Assembly: GCF_000315625.1 (NCBI RefSeq) | Contig: NW_005434611.1 | Span: 183,523-247,522 of the forward strand | DNA length: 64,000 nucleotides | From: Guillardia theta CCMP2712 | Lineage: Eukaryota; Protista; Cryptophyta | Direction: 5' to 3' | Part shown: positions 49,012 to 64,000 of the stretch, piece after piece | How the letters are laid out: every line of letters starts with the position of its first letter | Numbering within the stretch: position 1 is the stretch's first letter | The notes under the pieces: model-generated | Database searches by the model: none | Told to the model about the DNA's origin: nothing | The model's input: only the letters and a program-made list of their open reading frames with translations | Translations under genes and position numbers: made by a program

Positions 49012-50508
49012 TAGGCTACTGCATGACTCTCACGTAGAATTTCACGGTCAATACACTGGGACAGTCTCTTGCCATTCAACCTTGTAGCCGCTTTTCGAAG
49101 TCCACTCAGTATCACGGTGACCTGATTGGGCCGCCGGCCCGGCCCGGGCCGGGCCGGGGACGGTCTCCTGCACTGCCGCACCCGGCGACTCACTGCCGGG
49201 CCCGGGGCTCACTGAATCAACTGGATCGGACTGCCGCTGTGCCTGCAAATCGGTCTATGTCACGGATTGCGCTGGGTACTAGGGGTACTGATAAGGACTG
49301 AAGGGAGGGTACTCTTTTGTCCGGAGTACGTAGAAGGGGTGGGGTCATATGGTACGGTGAGCCTTGGGTACTTCAATGAGGGGTTAAAAGAGTGGGAATA
49401 AGATGGTAGGGGTCACGAACGGATGGTGGAAAAGGTAGGGTAGGGTGGTCTCAACCTTTCGGAGGACTGGAGTGTTTTTTTGGGTCGTTTTTTAATTCTT
49501 TTGACTTTGGGGTGGGTGGTTGACTCATTAGTTGGAAAAGAAGGGGTGGGGGTACTAGTGACTGTTGACAGGGTGGGGTGCATGTCTTGAATTGTATCCA
49601 TACCATGGATACAGTACATTAGAACTAAAAGCAAAATCAAATAGGGGGTGGGGTAGTGGATATTGTTAAAGTGGGGGTGGGGTTCTGAAAGAGATGTGGA
49701 GGGGGTAGGTTTTATAAGTTCAACCTTGAAGGTTTTTTTATGGACTTGGGGAGTTAACTGGGTAGGAAGAAGGGGGGGTAAGGGTGGTACGAAGACTCTA
49801 TGGACGGGGTACTTTGGAGGTAAACAACAGGGGTATTTTTGTAAAAATTTCCAAATGGAGGGGTGTACATGAAAATGAAAGTGACCAAAACATGTTGACC
49901 GACGAGACGCGAGCCGATAATGCCATATGAAGGAGGGAGAGAAGGGAAGGCGGGAGGGAGGGAGGGAGGAGGGGGAGGAGAGAGAGGAGGGAGGAGAGAG
50001 AGGAGGGAGGAGAGAGAGGAGGGAGGAGAGAGAGGAGGAGAGAGGGGGAGAGAGAGGATAGGAGTGAAGAGAGAGGCTGGAGGTGAGGTGAACACAGCAT
50101 AGCACGGTAGAGTTGAGCAGAGCAGAACAAGGTGGATGGAGAAATGGAGATGATGAACAGAGAGAAGTCAGAACAAACAGGAAGACATGCAATGAAAGGA
50201 GCAATGGATTGGCAGCAAGGCAGAAGAAGAAGGAAGAGAAACACTTGGACAGGTCCTCAGCGTACGACCTATGCTGGAAGGGCTGCCGTTGAAGTAGGTC
50301 ACGAGGAGGATATTAGATAAGAGGGGAGGACAAGCCTCAAATAACACTGTTTCTTGTCCCGACAAAATGTGACCGAGTGGCTTTTTGATCAGGGCTTTCC
50401 TTCCTCCCAGTCCATTCCATCTCGGTGCACTACAGTAGGTGTTGATTGAAGTCAGACCCTGGGCTATCTCGAGAGCAGAACAGTCGCAGGAGTCTTCCGA
50501 TTCTACTG

Positions 50509-51203
50509 ATGACCATCAACACTTTCTGGCAAGGTGGAAACCAGAACTCTCCCTCCTCTTCCATGTGGAAGGTCCCAAATGCGGAAAGCAGGGGGATCAG
50601 GTACATACAGGGAAGGCCGTACATGAGCGGGAAGCCAAATGCTGATCCCGACGCGGCTGCCCTGCGAAGACACTCTCTGAGCCCGTCTCCCTCCGTGGTC
50701 ATGCCGCCCATCAGCCCTGAGTTCGGACAGAGGAGAGGCAGCCTGCTCTCGAGGTACGGCGTGCTCGGCAACAGCACACGGCCCAACACTGTGCCCGACC
50801 CGTTCAACCTGGAGACCTCCAAGAGGTCTCGCCGTCCCCTCTCGCGCCTGTCCCAGTATCCGCCGGGCAAGGTGAGGGGGAGTCAGCGTGTTACTGGCCT
50901 GTGCGCGCCGATGACGGGGGGGTGGCAGGAGCCAGGAGTGAGCATCCAGGAGCGGATCAGAGCTCGAGAACTCATGTCCAGCCCTCCTCCCAAGCCCGTG
51001 AACTGGATGATTGGAAGCGCCCAAGTCATCGTCAAAGATGTGCAGGTTCCCTCTTGACCGCTTTCTCTTCGCTGCTCACTTCACCTGTGAAGAAACCTTC
51101 ACAAGCCCCGAAAGAGAGCGAGTTTGTTCGGCTTGCCAGGGCAAGATCTCGAGGCAGCTTGTTCGAACGAAGCTTCGGCGGTAGCAAGCCTCTCGGAATC
51201 TAA
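50509..51203 (+). CDS. Small basic hypothetical protein, about 3 exons
   Basis: MWKVPNAESRGIRY...PDPFNLETSKR... with short introns near 50872-50928 and 51046-51091; ends GGSKPLGI*. Start uncertain (50509 or 50563). Confidence 0.5.
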
Positions 51204-51376
51204 ACTGTGAAAGATCGCGACCAGTAGGGAGGGCAGGTTTGTGCACCGACAGTGACCACGAGGAGGAGATCTATATCAGGAGAGTACACGAGGTTGTTCA
51301 TCGCTGCAGTTTTATCAACTCGTACGCTGTATGTTCCTCAACAATTTTGCAAAAGAGTGAAGGAGTCCTAAGTCGT

Positions 51377-53831
<2,455 letters not shown>

Positions 53832-55427
53832 CCTTGAGATCTATCAAGGCAATTCATTAGGACTTGAACACCGGCAGCGCAGGGGTCAACGGGACTCTTC
53901 AGTTCCTCTTTCATTCCCTACAATGATACAAACTATGCTTGCATATCTGCAGCACTGCCTTTGTTCTCTCATGAAAACAATGGGAGGGGGGCACAACTGA
54001 ATCCAAAGAAGCTAGATGACGAATGGGGGCGCATGAGAATCCAAATCTAAATAGAATGCACAAAACCTACTCGACAAGACTGTTTGAAAGCATCTCATTG
54101 CCACGGCATGAAGTATATGATTACAAATCAACAAGGGTGACAAATAAGTCGTTTTTACACTGGCGGAATACCGAATCACAACAACCAAGACTGTAAAGAA
54201 GCTGAGGAATAGCCCAAAGTGACAGGGCATCAGAGCAATGCTCACGAATGCACCGAGACAAGCCGGTGGAGGATCCAGAGAAGTTAGAAATAGTTTCAAG
54301 AGATAGAGAAAGTAGAGAGAGTATACAAGCTTGTTCAAGGCAAGGCTTGACGGAAAAGCAACAAAAAAGTGAGGAATAACGTGGAAGGTGGGAGGAGACG
54401 TCAGAGGAAGGGAAGAGCAAGGGAGAAAGAGTGAAAACCATGGAGTGGATAGGATGGGGAGCAATCGATTTATCATTGGGGGAGGAGGATCAGGAGCAGG
54501 AGCAGGAGAGCAGGAGAGCAGGAGAGCAGGAGCAGGAGGTAGCGGCGGCATGTGGAGGCGGCGGAGATGTGGACATGTCAGGGGGTAGTCCTAGAGACAA
54601 GCACCAGGGTAGAAGATAGGGGGTAGGGGGTAGGGGGTTAGGCACACAGAATCCTTCAAATGGTAGGGTGGTCTTGCTCATATTTCATTTTGAATAAGGG
54701 GCTCCAAATCTGATTAAAATACTTGAATTTGAAATGTTTGATCTTACTATTCTTTGAAATTATCAATTTTTCACCTTGTTATATAAATTTTCTGTACTTA
54801 TTGTGAAAAAAAATGTTAGCACGGAAAAATTATATTCTCCCTTAGTACCCAACCACATCTCATACTTTCACAGAAGAAATCCTCTGGCTTGAGGGCTGCC
54901 TTTACCCCTCCTTTGTCCCGAGAAAGCACCGGTGTCTGTGCCCCACCCCTACATTTAGTACCCCTACCCCCTAGTCTCCCAGTAGGAGTCGTAGAGGTAC
55001 AACCAAAAAAAAAAGCCTTCGGCGGTGTAGGAATGTAACGGATTTTGAAACGAACTTGGTGTGCTTCAGTGCCCTGGGGTACGCCGGTGCCTCCCGGGCA
55101 CTCAGGGCCGAGGCCCGCCGGAGGCTCCGCGAAGTTGATCATACTGCCACCCGCCGGGCCACCCGGCCCTGGGCAGGGCCGGGTGCCAAGGCTGCTGGGC
55201 TCCGATCAGGCTCAGTAGTGGCGGGGCCACCGTGACCATCCGATCGGATCCGGGACGGCGCGGGCGCCCCGCCGGCCCGGCGGCAGCCCGGCTCGTCGGA
55301 GCGGCGGATGATTCAACGGTTCCGAAAGTAACCGTTCATTGTGATTGTGTGGCATTCATTATTTAGACTAGTCTACAGGCTCAAACAATAAAACTTGAAA
55401 TGATCATGAAAGCGACCTGGCGGTGAC

Positions 55428-57882
55428 TCAGCCCGGCGCGTTGGCTAGACTACCGGTGAGCTCAGCCTCCTGCTCCTCGCCCTCCCCATGGAAGGTCGCG
55501 TCGTGCCAGTCCTGCTGCCCTCGGATCGTTTCCTACCAGACTCTCGTCAGCTCACTGCGAGGTCCTCAAATCAGGGCGGCTCACGTTAAAGTTTTCTGCC
55601 CTCAGGCTGCCGCTGTACTCGCTCTTGGGCCAGTCGCTAGGTACAGCAGATCTCTGAGGGAACATAGATTCTCCGTGGCAGACCTCCGGGGAAGTCAGAG
55701 CGGCGTGAGGTGGAGGACGGAGGAGGGTGACGGGCGCTGAGCAGCAGTGCGAAGAGAGAGGGGGAGGAAGGAGCAGGCGGAGGAGAATGATGACTCACCA
55801 TGTCCAGCCCCAGCAGCTCCTCGTCAATGGCTACACGCAGCCCGATGGTGTAGTCCACCAGCTGAAAACGTTTCTCGTCACATGAAACAAGAGGTGGAGG
55901 AGAGGAAGGACCTTGAGGAGGAGAAAGGAGATAGCGCAGGACCAAACTGCCGCTATGGCGATACCATAGAGCTGCAAGTAAATCTACGAAGTACCCGGAT
56001 CAGAAAGGAATTCATCATGAATGAGAAGGAGGGAAACGGGAGACAGAGAAGAAGGGGGGATGAGCAGTGATGAGTACGTCATTAGAAAAGAGATGGAAGG
56101 GGAAAAGGGGATAGGACACGAGGGAAGAATATACGAGAAAGAGGGTAGTCAGGATTTCAGGATGGGCGGAGAGGTACAGGAGGGAACCTGCTTGGGGTTG
56201 CCATAGAAAGCGCCATTGACAGGGGAGAGAATTTGGACATTCGCGTTGGCAAAGAAGCCTGTCAGGATGCCTCCCAAGAAACCTCCCGGGCCGTGGATGC
56301 CTGCCGCACCGTCAGCACGAGCTGCTGGCGTTCATGGGAAGGAGCACCGAAGGCGTCCAGAGCGTCGTCGTACCCGAAGCGACTTTTGAGCTGGAGAGGA
56401 AGCGTCAGGATTGCACAGAGCGCGAGAGATCGAGCGATGCCTGGCACGAAAGGTAGCAGATGGGCCCGGCAAGGAGGCCGAAGATGAAAGCAGCTGTGTT
56501 GTCGACGAATCTGAGCATACAGCTTTCAAGATTCATCCCAAACACTCTTGCAAGCCCTCACCCTGCTCCTGGGGTGATGGCGACCAGCCCAGAGATCGCT
56601 CCACTAATGATCCCAAGGACGCTGGAGGGTGCTCAGCCTTTCAGGGGATGCAAAGGTCTCGTCTACCTCGGTCGCTTCCTTATCTTCCACTCCGTCAACA
56701 TCCACGACAGAGAGCCCGTAGCCGCTGCAATCTGCAACAACCAGCAAAGGTCACTCAAGAATGTCGGGAGGACCCTCCCTTGCCTGTGAGTTCAGGACGG
56801 CCATGGTCGCTTGCCCGTTGGCATACTCTGCTGAACCCCTGGAAGGAGAGATTAGGATCAATTGTGTTCAGAACAAGTCCGATCATTTCTCACCCGTTGA
56901 ATCCGAACCAGCCAACCCACATCAGAGATGCTCCGAGGACCGAGATGAGGATGTTGTGGGGCTGGAACTGATAAGGGTGAAAGTTCAGTCCATACCCATG
57001 AGAGCACGAGGCACAGGACTTGCTCCTCACCTGCTCCCTGCCGTATCCCGTTCGCTTCCCCACAACGATTGACGACATGAGGCCAGAGCAGCCGGCTGAT
57101 ATGTGCACTACGTTGCCTCCAGCAAAGTCCAGGATACCGGCCTCGTGCAAGAACCCGTCGGTCATCCACATGGAGTGGGCGATCGGGCAGTATACAAGGA
57201 TGTGCCAGAAGGCAATGAAGACCAGGGTAGGACCAAACCGCATCCTGTCAGCAAAAGAGCCGCTGATGAGCGCGGGGGTGATGATGGCAAAGGTTAGCTC
57301 GAACATGCAGAACAACGGCTCTGGAACTGTTGGCGATAGCGGATGACGGTGATTTCCGTACACGTTCTGCAACCAGAACTTTTTTGCTCCTCCGAAGACT
57401 GGCGATCCTGTGTCGAAGCACAAGCTGTATCCAAACGCCGCCCACAGGATGGTGACGAGGCACGCGATGGAGAAGCTCTGCATAACTGTCGACAGCACGT
57501 TCTGTACACGAACGAGCCCTCCGTAGAAGAGAGCAACGCCAGGGATGGTCATCATCAGCACAAGACCCGAACTGATGAGCTTCCATGAGATATCTCCGTC
57601 GTTCGTAGGCCTCTTGATGATACTTTCAATCGCAGTGATGTTCTTGACAATGCCACCTATGTTCCACGCTGCTATCTGCTGCTCGAGCGCTGTCACTCGG
57701 TTTGTCAGCTCTTCGTTCTGAGTAAGAGTCGTTAGAAGATGCTTCTGCATCTCCTCCATGCGCGCCATCCGAGCTTCCATCTTCTCCATCCGAAGCTTGC
57801 TGTTGGGACCTTGCCCGTCAGCGCACACCGACACGAGCACCATGGCAAGAAGCCCAAGGAGATGAAGAGAGCAGATCTTCAT
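55428..57882 (-). CDS. AMT: Ammonium transporter (Amt/Mep, AmtB-like) with signal peptide and N-terminal coiled coil; multi-exon
   Basis: LMMTIPGVALFYGGLVR, FELTFAIITPALISG, DFAGGNVVHISAG, WVGWFGFNG, YDDALDAFG|IHG (both pore His present), GLRVAIDEELLGLD. 3' end depends on inferred last exons. Confidence 0.95.
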
Positions 57883-58479
57883 GGTAAGACCTACAAGTCG
57901 AGAGCACTCGTTCTAAGAGGGAGAAGCACAGGTTCGAACCCGATCAGGCATAAAGAGCATGCAGAGATCTCTTGCAAGGATATCTAAAGAGGTCCGAACT
58001 TTCATCGCACGCTCCTAGGGAGACGACCGCAAGAAATTTCCTATGGAGAACCACGGGCCAGCTTTGATGTATCGAGATTTCTGCACAAGAATTCTTTTCC
58101 TTGTCCGTCGATGTAGTCACAGGAACTTCTCCCGTCTCGCTCGGCCTGATCTGCTTTGAGAGCCTTGTTTTGAGAAGGAGAGCCAAGCTTATGACCCTGC
58201 TCCTCCTTCTCTTGCCTCCTCTCCTCTGTCCTCTCCTCTCTACTCTCCGTCGGCCACAGTTCTCACTCCCTCTTGCTCTCTCTCTCTCCGCTGCCGCTGT
58301 CAACGAGGACCGTGGCTAACACCGCTACAGGGCATGGGAGGTTAGAGCATCTTCGGCAAGTGGCACGTTGACCCACGGTAAACCCACCGGGATAAATTAT
58401 ACAAATTTATGAAATAAATTTATATAACATTAGCATGATTTATATAAAAAATGATTATATTTCTCATAATTTGGAACTG

Positions 58480-59760
58480 AGTGAGATTTATGGGGGTCAA
58501 CGAGGAGGTCTGGAGAGCCGCAAACTTGAGGCCCTTCTTTACTTCAAAAAGAAAACTTGCGGTGGGGAAAGTGATTAAAGGGGGGGGGGGGTGGGGTATA
58601 TCAATAGTAGGGGTGGTTATCACTCTTGGTGGTATGGGGTGGATAGTCACCTTGGAAGGTACCATGAGAAAAGGTACTTAGACGGGGTCTTTTGTAGCAA
58701 TAAATAGGGGTAGGAGGGTCCATACTTAACTTCCTGGGTGTGGGTGGGTAGTGGCATACTATCGTTGGTCCGATGGGTGGGGGTGAAAGCTTTAAAGGGG
58801 TGGGGTCCTTCTGACTAGTGACACGCTACCGGTCGTATCACCGGGTGGGTAGTTGTTAGCGAGTCCTGTACGGTACCCTACCCCATATCGGACATTTCTT
58901 AGTCATAGTAAAAGCAGGGGTACTGTATGAAAGGGTCAGTGCGGCATGGTACGTCAAGGTATTCTTGGACCAGGGGTCAGGGGTGGGTGCAGTACGTACG
59001 ACAGACTAAGAGTAGTACCCCTAGTGGTGGCATATCAGAGGGGGGGTCACCCCGGTAGTGGTCTTCAGTGAGCGCGAGGCCCGTCTTAAGTCTGCCAGGC
59101 TCACTGCCGACGGCAGGCTGAGTCAGGCTGGCCGCAGCCCGGCCGGGCGGCCCCCCGCACTGAGCATGATGATCCGCCCGGGCCCGGGCCCTCGGCCGGG
59201 GCCGCGCTACCCGTAGTATAGTACCGCCCGCCGGGCTACACTGAGGCTGCCGCACTATGGGCCGATCGGGGGCCGAGCCCGGCGATCCGATTGCAGTGAA
59301 CCGTCACCCGTCGAGTCACTGAGTATGCAGTGCCAGGCGGCTTCAGGCCCTTCAAGTGCCGCCACTCGGAGGGGGCACGGTCCGGGTCCGATCCGATGAT
59401 CGCCGATCAGCACAGGCTCAGTGTGACCCGGTTTCCGAAGGCTAGTCCGTCAACTTGACTCCGGCGCTGACTTCGCCGCGGGCCGCCGAGCTCGGTGTCG
59501 CCGGTTGACAGTGAAACTTGAACTTCCGGAAGGGAGTTGATGTTCGGCCGGGCGGCGCGCCGGGCCCGCGGCCGGCCGGATGAGGTCACTGAGGGATTCA
59601 TCGACTCATCAGCCTGGGCCTGGCACGGTACCGGGGTGCTAGAAAACTACCAAAGCACCCCTCTAAATTACTCATGAATAGCTGGAATATCGGGGGTAGA
59701 GGTTATCACCCCCTGCCCCCAGGGGAGGTTCTATTTCGGCTGGGTCTATTTCCGGGGCTA
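58480..59760. promoter_or_regulatory. Intergenic block of GGGGTA/TACCCC-rich sequence flanking a CCGG/TCAGT-rich island (recurring intergenic signature)
   Basis: Lies between divergent AMT and membrane-protein genes; a similar composite occurs at 8550-9400, 39600-40370, 49110-49870 and 54560-55320. Regulatory role is inferred. Confidence 0.4.
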
Positions 59761-59767
59761 GTCAAAG

Positions 59768-62044
59768 ATGGAGGAGGCGGTGCCTTTGGTTCGGCCCAGG
59801 ATGAAGGAGGTGGAGAGGAGAAGAGGAGGAGGAGCAGTAGCAGCTCTAGCAGCAGCCTCTCTCCTCGTCCTCGTCGCTGTGGCCGTTCATGGAGGCTCAT
59901 CGGGGTCCAGGGGGGTCAGGCGAGGAGTGCTGGCAGAGTCGCAGGCAGAGGACGCGTACAAGGAGTTGAAGAGAGTGTTGAAGGAGGACTCTCACAGTGG
60001 GCAGAAGCTCAGCATGCAGAAGCTTCAGGAAGCAGCAGCACCCGCTGCTGATGCGGCCGCTCCGGCTCCGGCTGATGCTGCAGCTGCCCCGGCTGCTGCC
60101 CCAACCCCAGAGGCAGCTGCACCTGCTAAAGACGGTGAGCTCAGTCACCGTGTTCCATCATGGCATGCTCGTCTCTTGCGGTTGGGAGTGCGAAGGGGGT
60201 TCCTTGAACTTGTCTGACTTGTCCTCTGCTCATGGCTGTTGATGTGCTCGGGGCTAGTTTGATGGCGTCTTGACCTCACTGCAGAGTCGCCCATCATGGA
60301 TCCTGAGGAGGCGAAGAAGAAGGCGGCAGAGATGGCGAACAAGGCAGGAGATGCCTTGAACAAGGCTGAACACGACCTCATGGATGCTGTCGACGACGTT
60401 CTTCCTGGCGGAGACCTGCTCTCAGCGCTCGGATGGCACCTTGACCTTTGCGTCTACCTCATCACCATGTATGCCATCTACTACATCTGGTGAGTTCCAC
60501 GGCTACGGAGTCGTTGTCTTGTGATCCCGCTCATCGCTGTCTCCCCGCAGGAAGTGCGAGATCTGGCAGAAGTTCCTTCCTAAGTTCAAGTGATGAGCTC
60601 CACCGAAATCCTGCATGACCGTTGGCGCTAAAATTTCCGCCAGGTGGGACGAGGATTCTTCTGCTGCCAATGACAAGAATATCAAGCTGAACCAGAAGGT
60701 GGCAGCACGCTCCTCTCCTTCCTCCCTCTTTCCTCCTATCCTCCCTCCCTCGCACCTCCTCTCCTTCCCTCACACTTCCGTCTTGCAGCACTCCAAGATC
60801 GGGACTTGGTCTGACAATCCTCATGACAACCTTCCCAACGACCAAGATCTGCTCTGGTTCAGGACGGCTCATGGAGAGGAGCTGTACTGGAGTGAGGTGA
60901 AGGCTGCGATCTCTGTATTGTCCTCCTCTTATTCTTATGACGGCGACGCAGAGCAAGAGAGTTCTCCCCGGATTCATCGACACGCTCATGTGTGGTTGCG
61001 GCGGCAACGTGTACGCTCTGGCGGTCACCAGCAAGCGTATTGTCATCCAGAACGACAAGAGGTGATGAGGCAGAGGAGGAAGAGTAAGGAAAGAAGTTGA
61101 CGTGTGTGCAGGTGCTTGTTCGGATCGACTGTGCTCACAACCAACGAAGAGTCGATCTTCCATGAGCATGTTCACAAGGCCTCCCTGCACACTGACGGTG
61201 ATCTCCTTCACTTCCCTCCCCTTCCCCACGTCGCCCTCTTTGTTCCCGTTGCTCTTCCTCCTCCTTCTCCCTCCCAGCTCGCAACCTCCTCTGTTACTCA
61301 CACATTTTCTCACTCACGTCTTTCCCGCAGGATCTCTCAACCTTGGTATCTGTACCCTCCACTCGTCCGAGATGCTGTCTGGTGCGTGGGACTGCACGGC
61401 AGGAGCGGGGAGCTGAGACAGGTGCTTGCAGGAGGCTTCAACTGGATCTTCCTCGGGTTCTTCGTTGACATCGTCTTGGAATGGAAACCGTCCCTTCTCA
61501 AGTTCATCACCGACGATCGTCTCGTCGGGTGGATCAACATGGTCCCCAATGACGTTATCTACATGGTTCGTGCGTACCCGATGCCTCCTAGCCGTCTCCT
61601 ACTTCTCCTCCACCATAGCATCTTCATCTCTATAGTCATCATCAACATCATGAGGATCATTATGATCAACAACAACTCCATCATCGTCTTCTTCCGTCTG
61701 ACCTGACGATCCATCTCCCCTTGCTGCTTCTGACTGTCTCTTGGCAGGTCTCTTCCATCATGGTGCTCTTCGGCGCCTTCCTCTTCGTCGCGCTGCTCTG
61801 GTTCCTCCTCGTCCCTCAGTCCGTCCTCGAGGTCGAGTACGTCAAGCAGGCAGGCGTGAAGACCTACACCAAGAAGTTCGAACTTCCTGTGAGTCCAACC
61901 CCTCAGTGCCTCCCCCTCCTCCTCCTCCCGATGCCACCCTCGCCTTTTCCTCGACCCTCCTCCACTGTGCTGACTGAGCCGCAGGTGCGCGAGGCTTATC
62001 TCATGCACGATCACATCATGAGGGGAATCTGTGAGAGGGTGTGA
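59768..62044 (+). CDS. Multi-exon hypothetical membrane protein (N-terminal anchor, Ala/Pro linker, about 3 further TM segments)
   Basis: About 11 exons can be joined through GT-AG/GC-AG introns from MEEAVPLV...AASLLVLVAVAV to ...HDHIMRGICERV*; no family recognised. Confidence 0.65.
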
Positions 62045-62386
62045 ACAACGGGAAGTATCTTTATCTTTACATTACAACATGATCTAAACAATAAAACGAG
62101 TCGTCATGATCGCCTCCCTTGTGCTGTGAGGCCTCTTTTTCCTCCTCCTCCTCCTCCTCCTCCTCCTCCTCAGCCCGCACGCGTCTTCCATCTCATGATC
62201 TCTCTATTCCATCCTCTCACATCATCTTCACGTGTGGTTAAAATTTGGTCCATTCTTTCCCCTACATTTCTCTTATCTGTGTCTCACCCCTGACCTCTTT
62301 GCCCTGATTCTTTCCTCCACTCCGCCCTCCCTCCGTCCCTCCCTCCCTCATTTTTCAGCTCCCGCCCCTCCTCTGCCCTCCTCTTC

Positions 62387-62847
62387 TCATCCTTCGCCCG
62401 CCATGTAGATGCCGCTGTTGCTGCTCGATCGGAGGTTTCCAAGCTGGTCAATCTTGATCACGACGAAGATGGTGTTGTCTACCAGGCCTCTCCGCTGAGA
62501 GAAAAGGGTAAGAACTGGTGAGGAAGAGAGACAGAAAGGAGCGAGGGGAGGAGAGGGTAGGAGCAGAGGAGAGCAGGAGAGCAGAGCAGGAGAGGCGGAA
62601 GAAGGAAAGGTGGCGAGAGGCAGAGACAAGAAGACGAGAACGAGGAGGAGAGGAGGACAAGGAGTAGGGGAGGAAGAGGGCCTAACCTTGAGGAGGGCCA
62701 TAAGCTCGTTCGCGATGACTTGCGCGTCTTTCTGGCGATGGAGGGAGAAGAAATTATAGAAGATGCTGTGCATGTCCCCCGACATAGAGGAAGTTTCCTG
62801 CGCGCAAGAGAGGAAAGTCAAGGTGGCTGAGTGGTTGGAGGAGAAAG

Positions 62848-62931
<84 letters not shown>

Positions 62932-63609
62932 GAGGAGGAGGAGGAGGAGGAGGAGGAGGAGGAGGAGGAGGAGGAGGGAGGAGGGAGGAGGGAAGGGGGG
63001 TNNNNNNNNNNNNNNNNNNNNNNNNNNNNNNNNNNNNNNNNNNNNNNNNNNNNNNNNNNNNNNNNNNNNNNNNNNNNNNNNNNNNNNNNNNNNNNNNNNN
63101 NCCCCTCTCTCTTCACCGATCTTCGATCTACTTGCCTATGACATACAATGGAGAGAGAGAGAGCGGGAGGGGAAGGGAGGGGCAGGCAAGAGGAATAAGG
63201 GGACCAATAGGAGGAAGCCACGAAAGGAAGTGGAGGGGAAAGAAAGGAAGGAAGAGGTTTTCACCGAACGAAGTTGAACGGTTCCATGACCATCGCAGAT
63301 AACGATGAGGGGAGATGTTCCCAGGATGGGATGAACCATCCCAAAGTCTTGCTGAATCAGTCTGGGCCCTCTATCCAGCATCACCTGTACAAGTTTTACC
63401 TTCTCTGCATGCTCCTCCCTCCTCCTCTCCCCTCCTCTCTCTTCCCCTCCTCGTCCTCGCCCTCGCCCTCATCTCCAAGTCTTCTCCTTTCCCGTCCTTC
63501 TATGTTTCAAAGATTCTCACATTGCTGATGCTCGTCACCAAAGACTTGTTGTCTTTCAGCTGATTGAGTTGCTGAAACATCGATGTCAGCATTGGTACAA
63601 GAAAGCATG

Positions 63610-63656
<47 letters not shown>

Positions 63657-63900
63657 TCCGTTTCCTTCTCTCACGTCGTCATTGTGGTCATTATCATCGT
63701 TATCATCTCCATCATCGTCGTCGTCATCGACATCGTCATCAATGCAACTTTCATCATTCTAATCCTCGTCTTCCTGGTCCTTCTCATCAACTCCATACCT
63801 TCAATCTGTCGGCTGACGGGATCGAGCAATCGGGGAGATGTTTGCACTGTGCCGGTGACTTGCAGATGCTGCCCTCACCCCACGAGGTCATGGGAACATC
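62387..63900 (-). CDS. 3' part of a hypothetical gene running in from the right edge
   Basis: Last exons ETSSMSGDMHSIFYNFFSLHRQKDAQVIANELMALLK|RRGLVDNTIFVVIKIDQLGNLRSSSNSGIYMAGEG*; upstream exons are fragmented by repeats and a gap. Confidence 0.4.
62850..63101. repeat. (GAT)n-(GGA)n microsatellite followed by assembly gap 63002-63101
   Basis: Directly visible. Confidence 0.95.
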
Positions 63901-64000
63901 GTCTGACACACTGACAGCAACTCAAAGTTAGAAGGAAGCAGAAGAGAATACGAAGAAAGAGTGAGATTGAGATGGCAACATGTGTTGAACAGATGGGAGG

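Noticed and set aside
54012-54551. 179-aa hydrophobic ORF or snoRNA upstream of VHA-A
   Set aside because: Low complexity and T-rich on the minus strand with no convincing C/D or H/ACA boxes; more consistent with 5' UTR, intron or promoter sequence.
57900-57950. tRNA-like GGTTCGAACCC T-loop motif
   Set aside because: T-stem and acceptor stem do not pair, so no cloverleaf; a similar motif near 29150 fails the same way.

Overview
Eukaryotic, gene-dense genomic DNA with short GT-AG introns (about 50-65 nt, some swollen by microsatellites). The overall style (RWP-RK duplicates, single-domain voltage-gated channel, LRLRGG-bearing presequence) suggests a cryptophyte alga such as Guillardia; this is inferred, not proven. 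About 19 genes are supportable: phospholipid scramblase, an ARM-Roc(EF-hand)-COR-TIR protein, a Methyltransf_16 methyltransferase, two tandem RWP-RK genes, a SOUL haem-binding protein, a PH-domain/EF-hand single-domain voltage-gated channel, a Crinkler-type NTPase-REase, a GNAT acetyltransferase, a small secreted Ly6/three-finger-like protein, a NO VEIN (GHKL + DUF3883) homologue, V-ATPase subunit A, an ammonium transporter and several hypotheticals. The most striking item is the 2741-6745 gene: SARM1-like ends (ARM repeats and a TIR with intact catalytic Glu), a Roc-COR GTPase core with an EF-hand pair inserted, and a last exon missed by the ORF track that ends in the lipidation motif CCSLM. 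It is a candidate Ca2+/GTP-gated, membrane-anchored NADase. Second is the Crinkler nuclease gene, which gains a signal peptide plus RGG motif by splicing and sits between two long direct repeats. All domain calls are by eye; no database searches were run.
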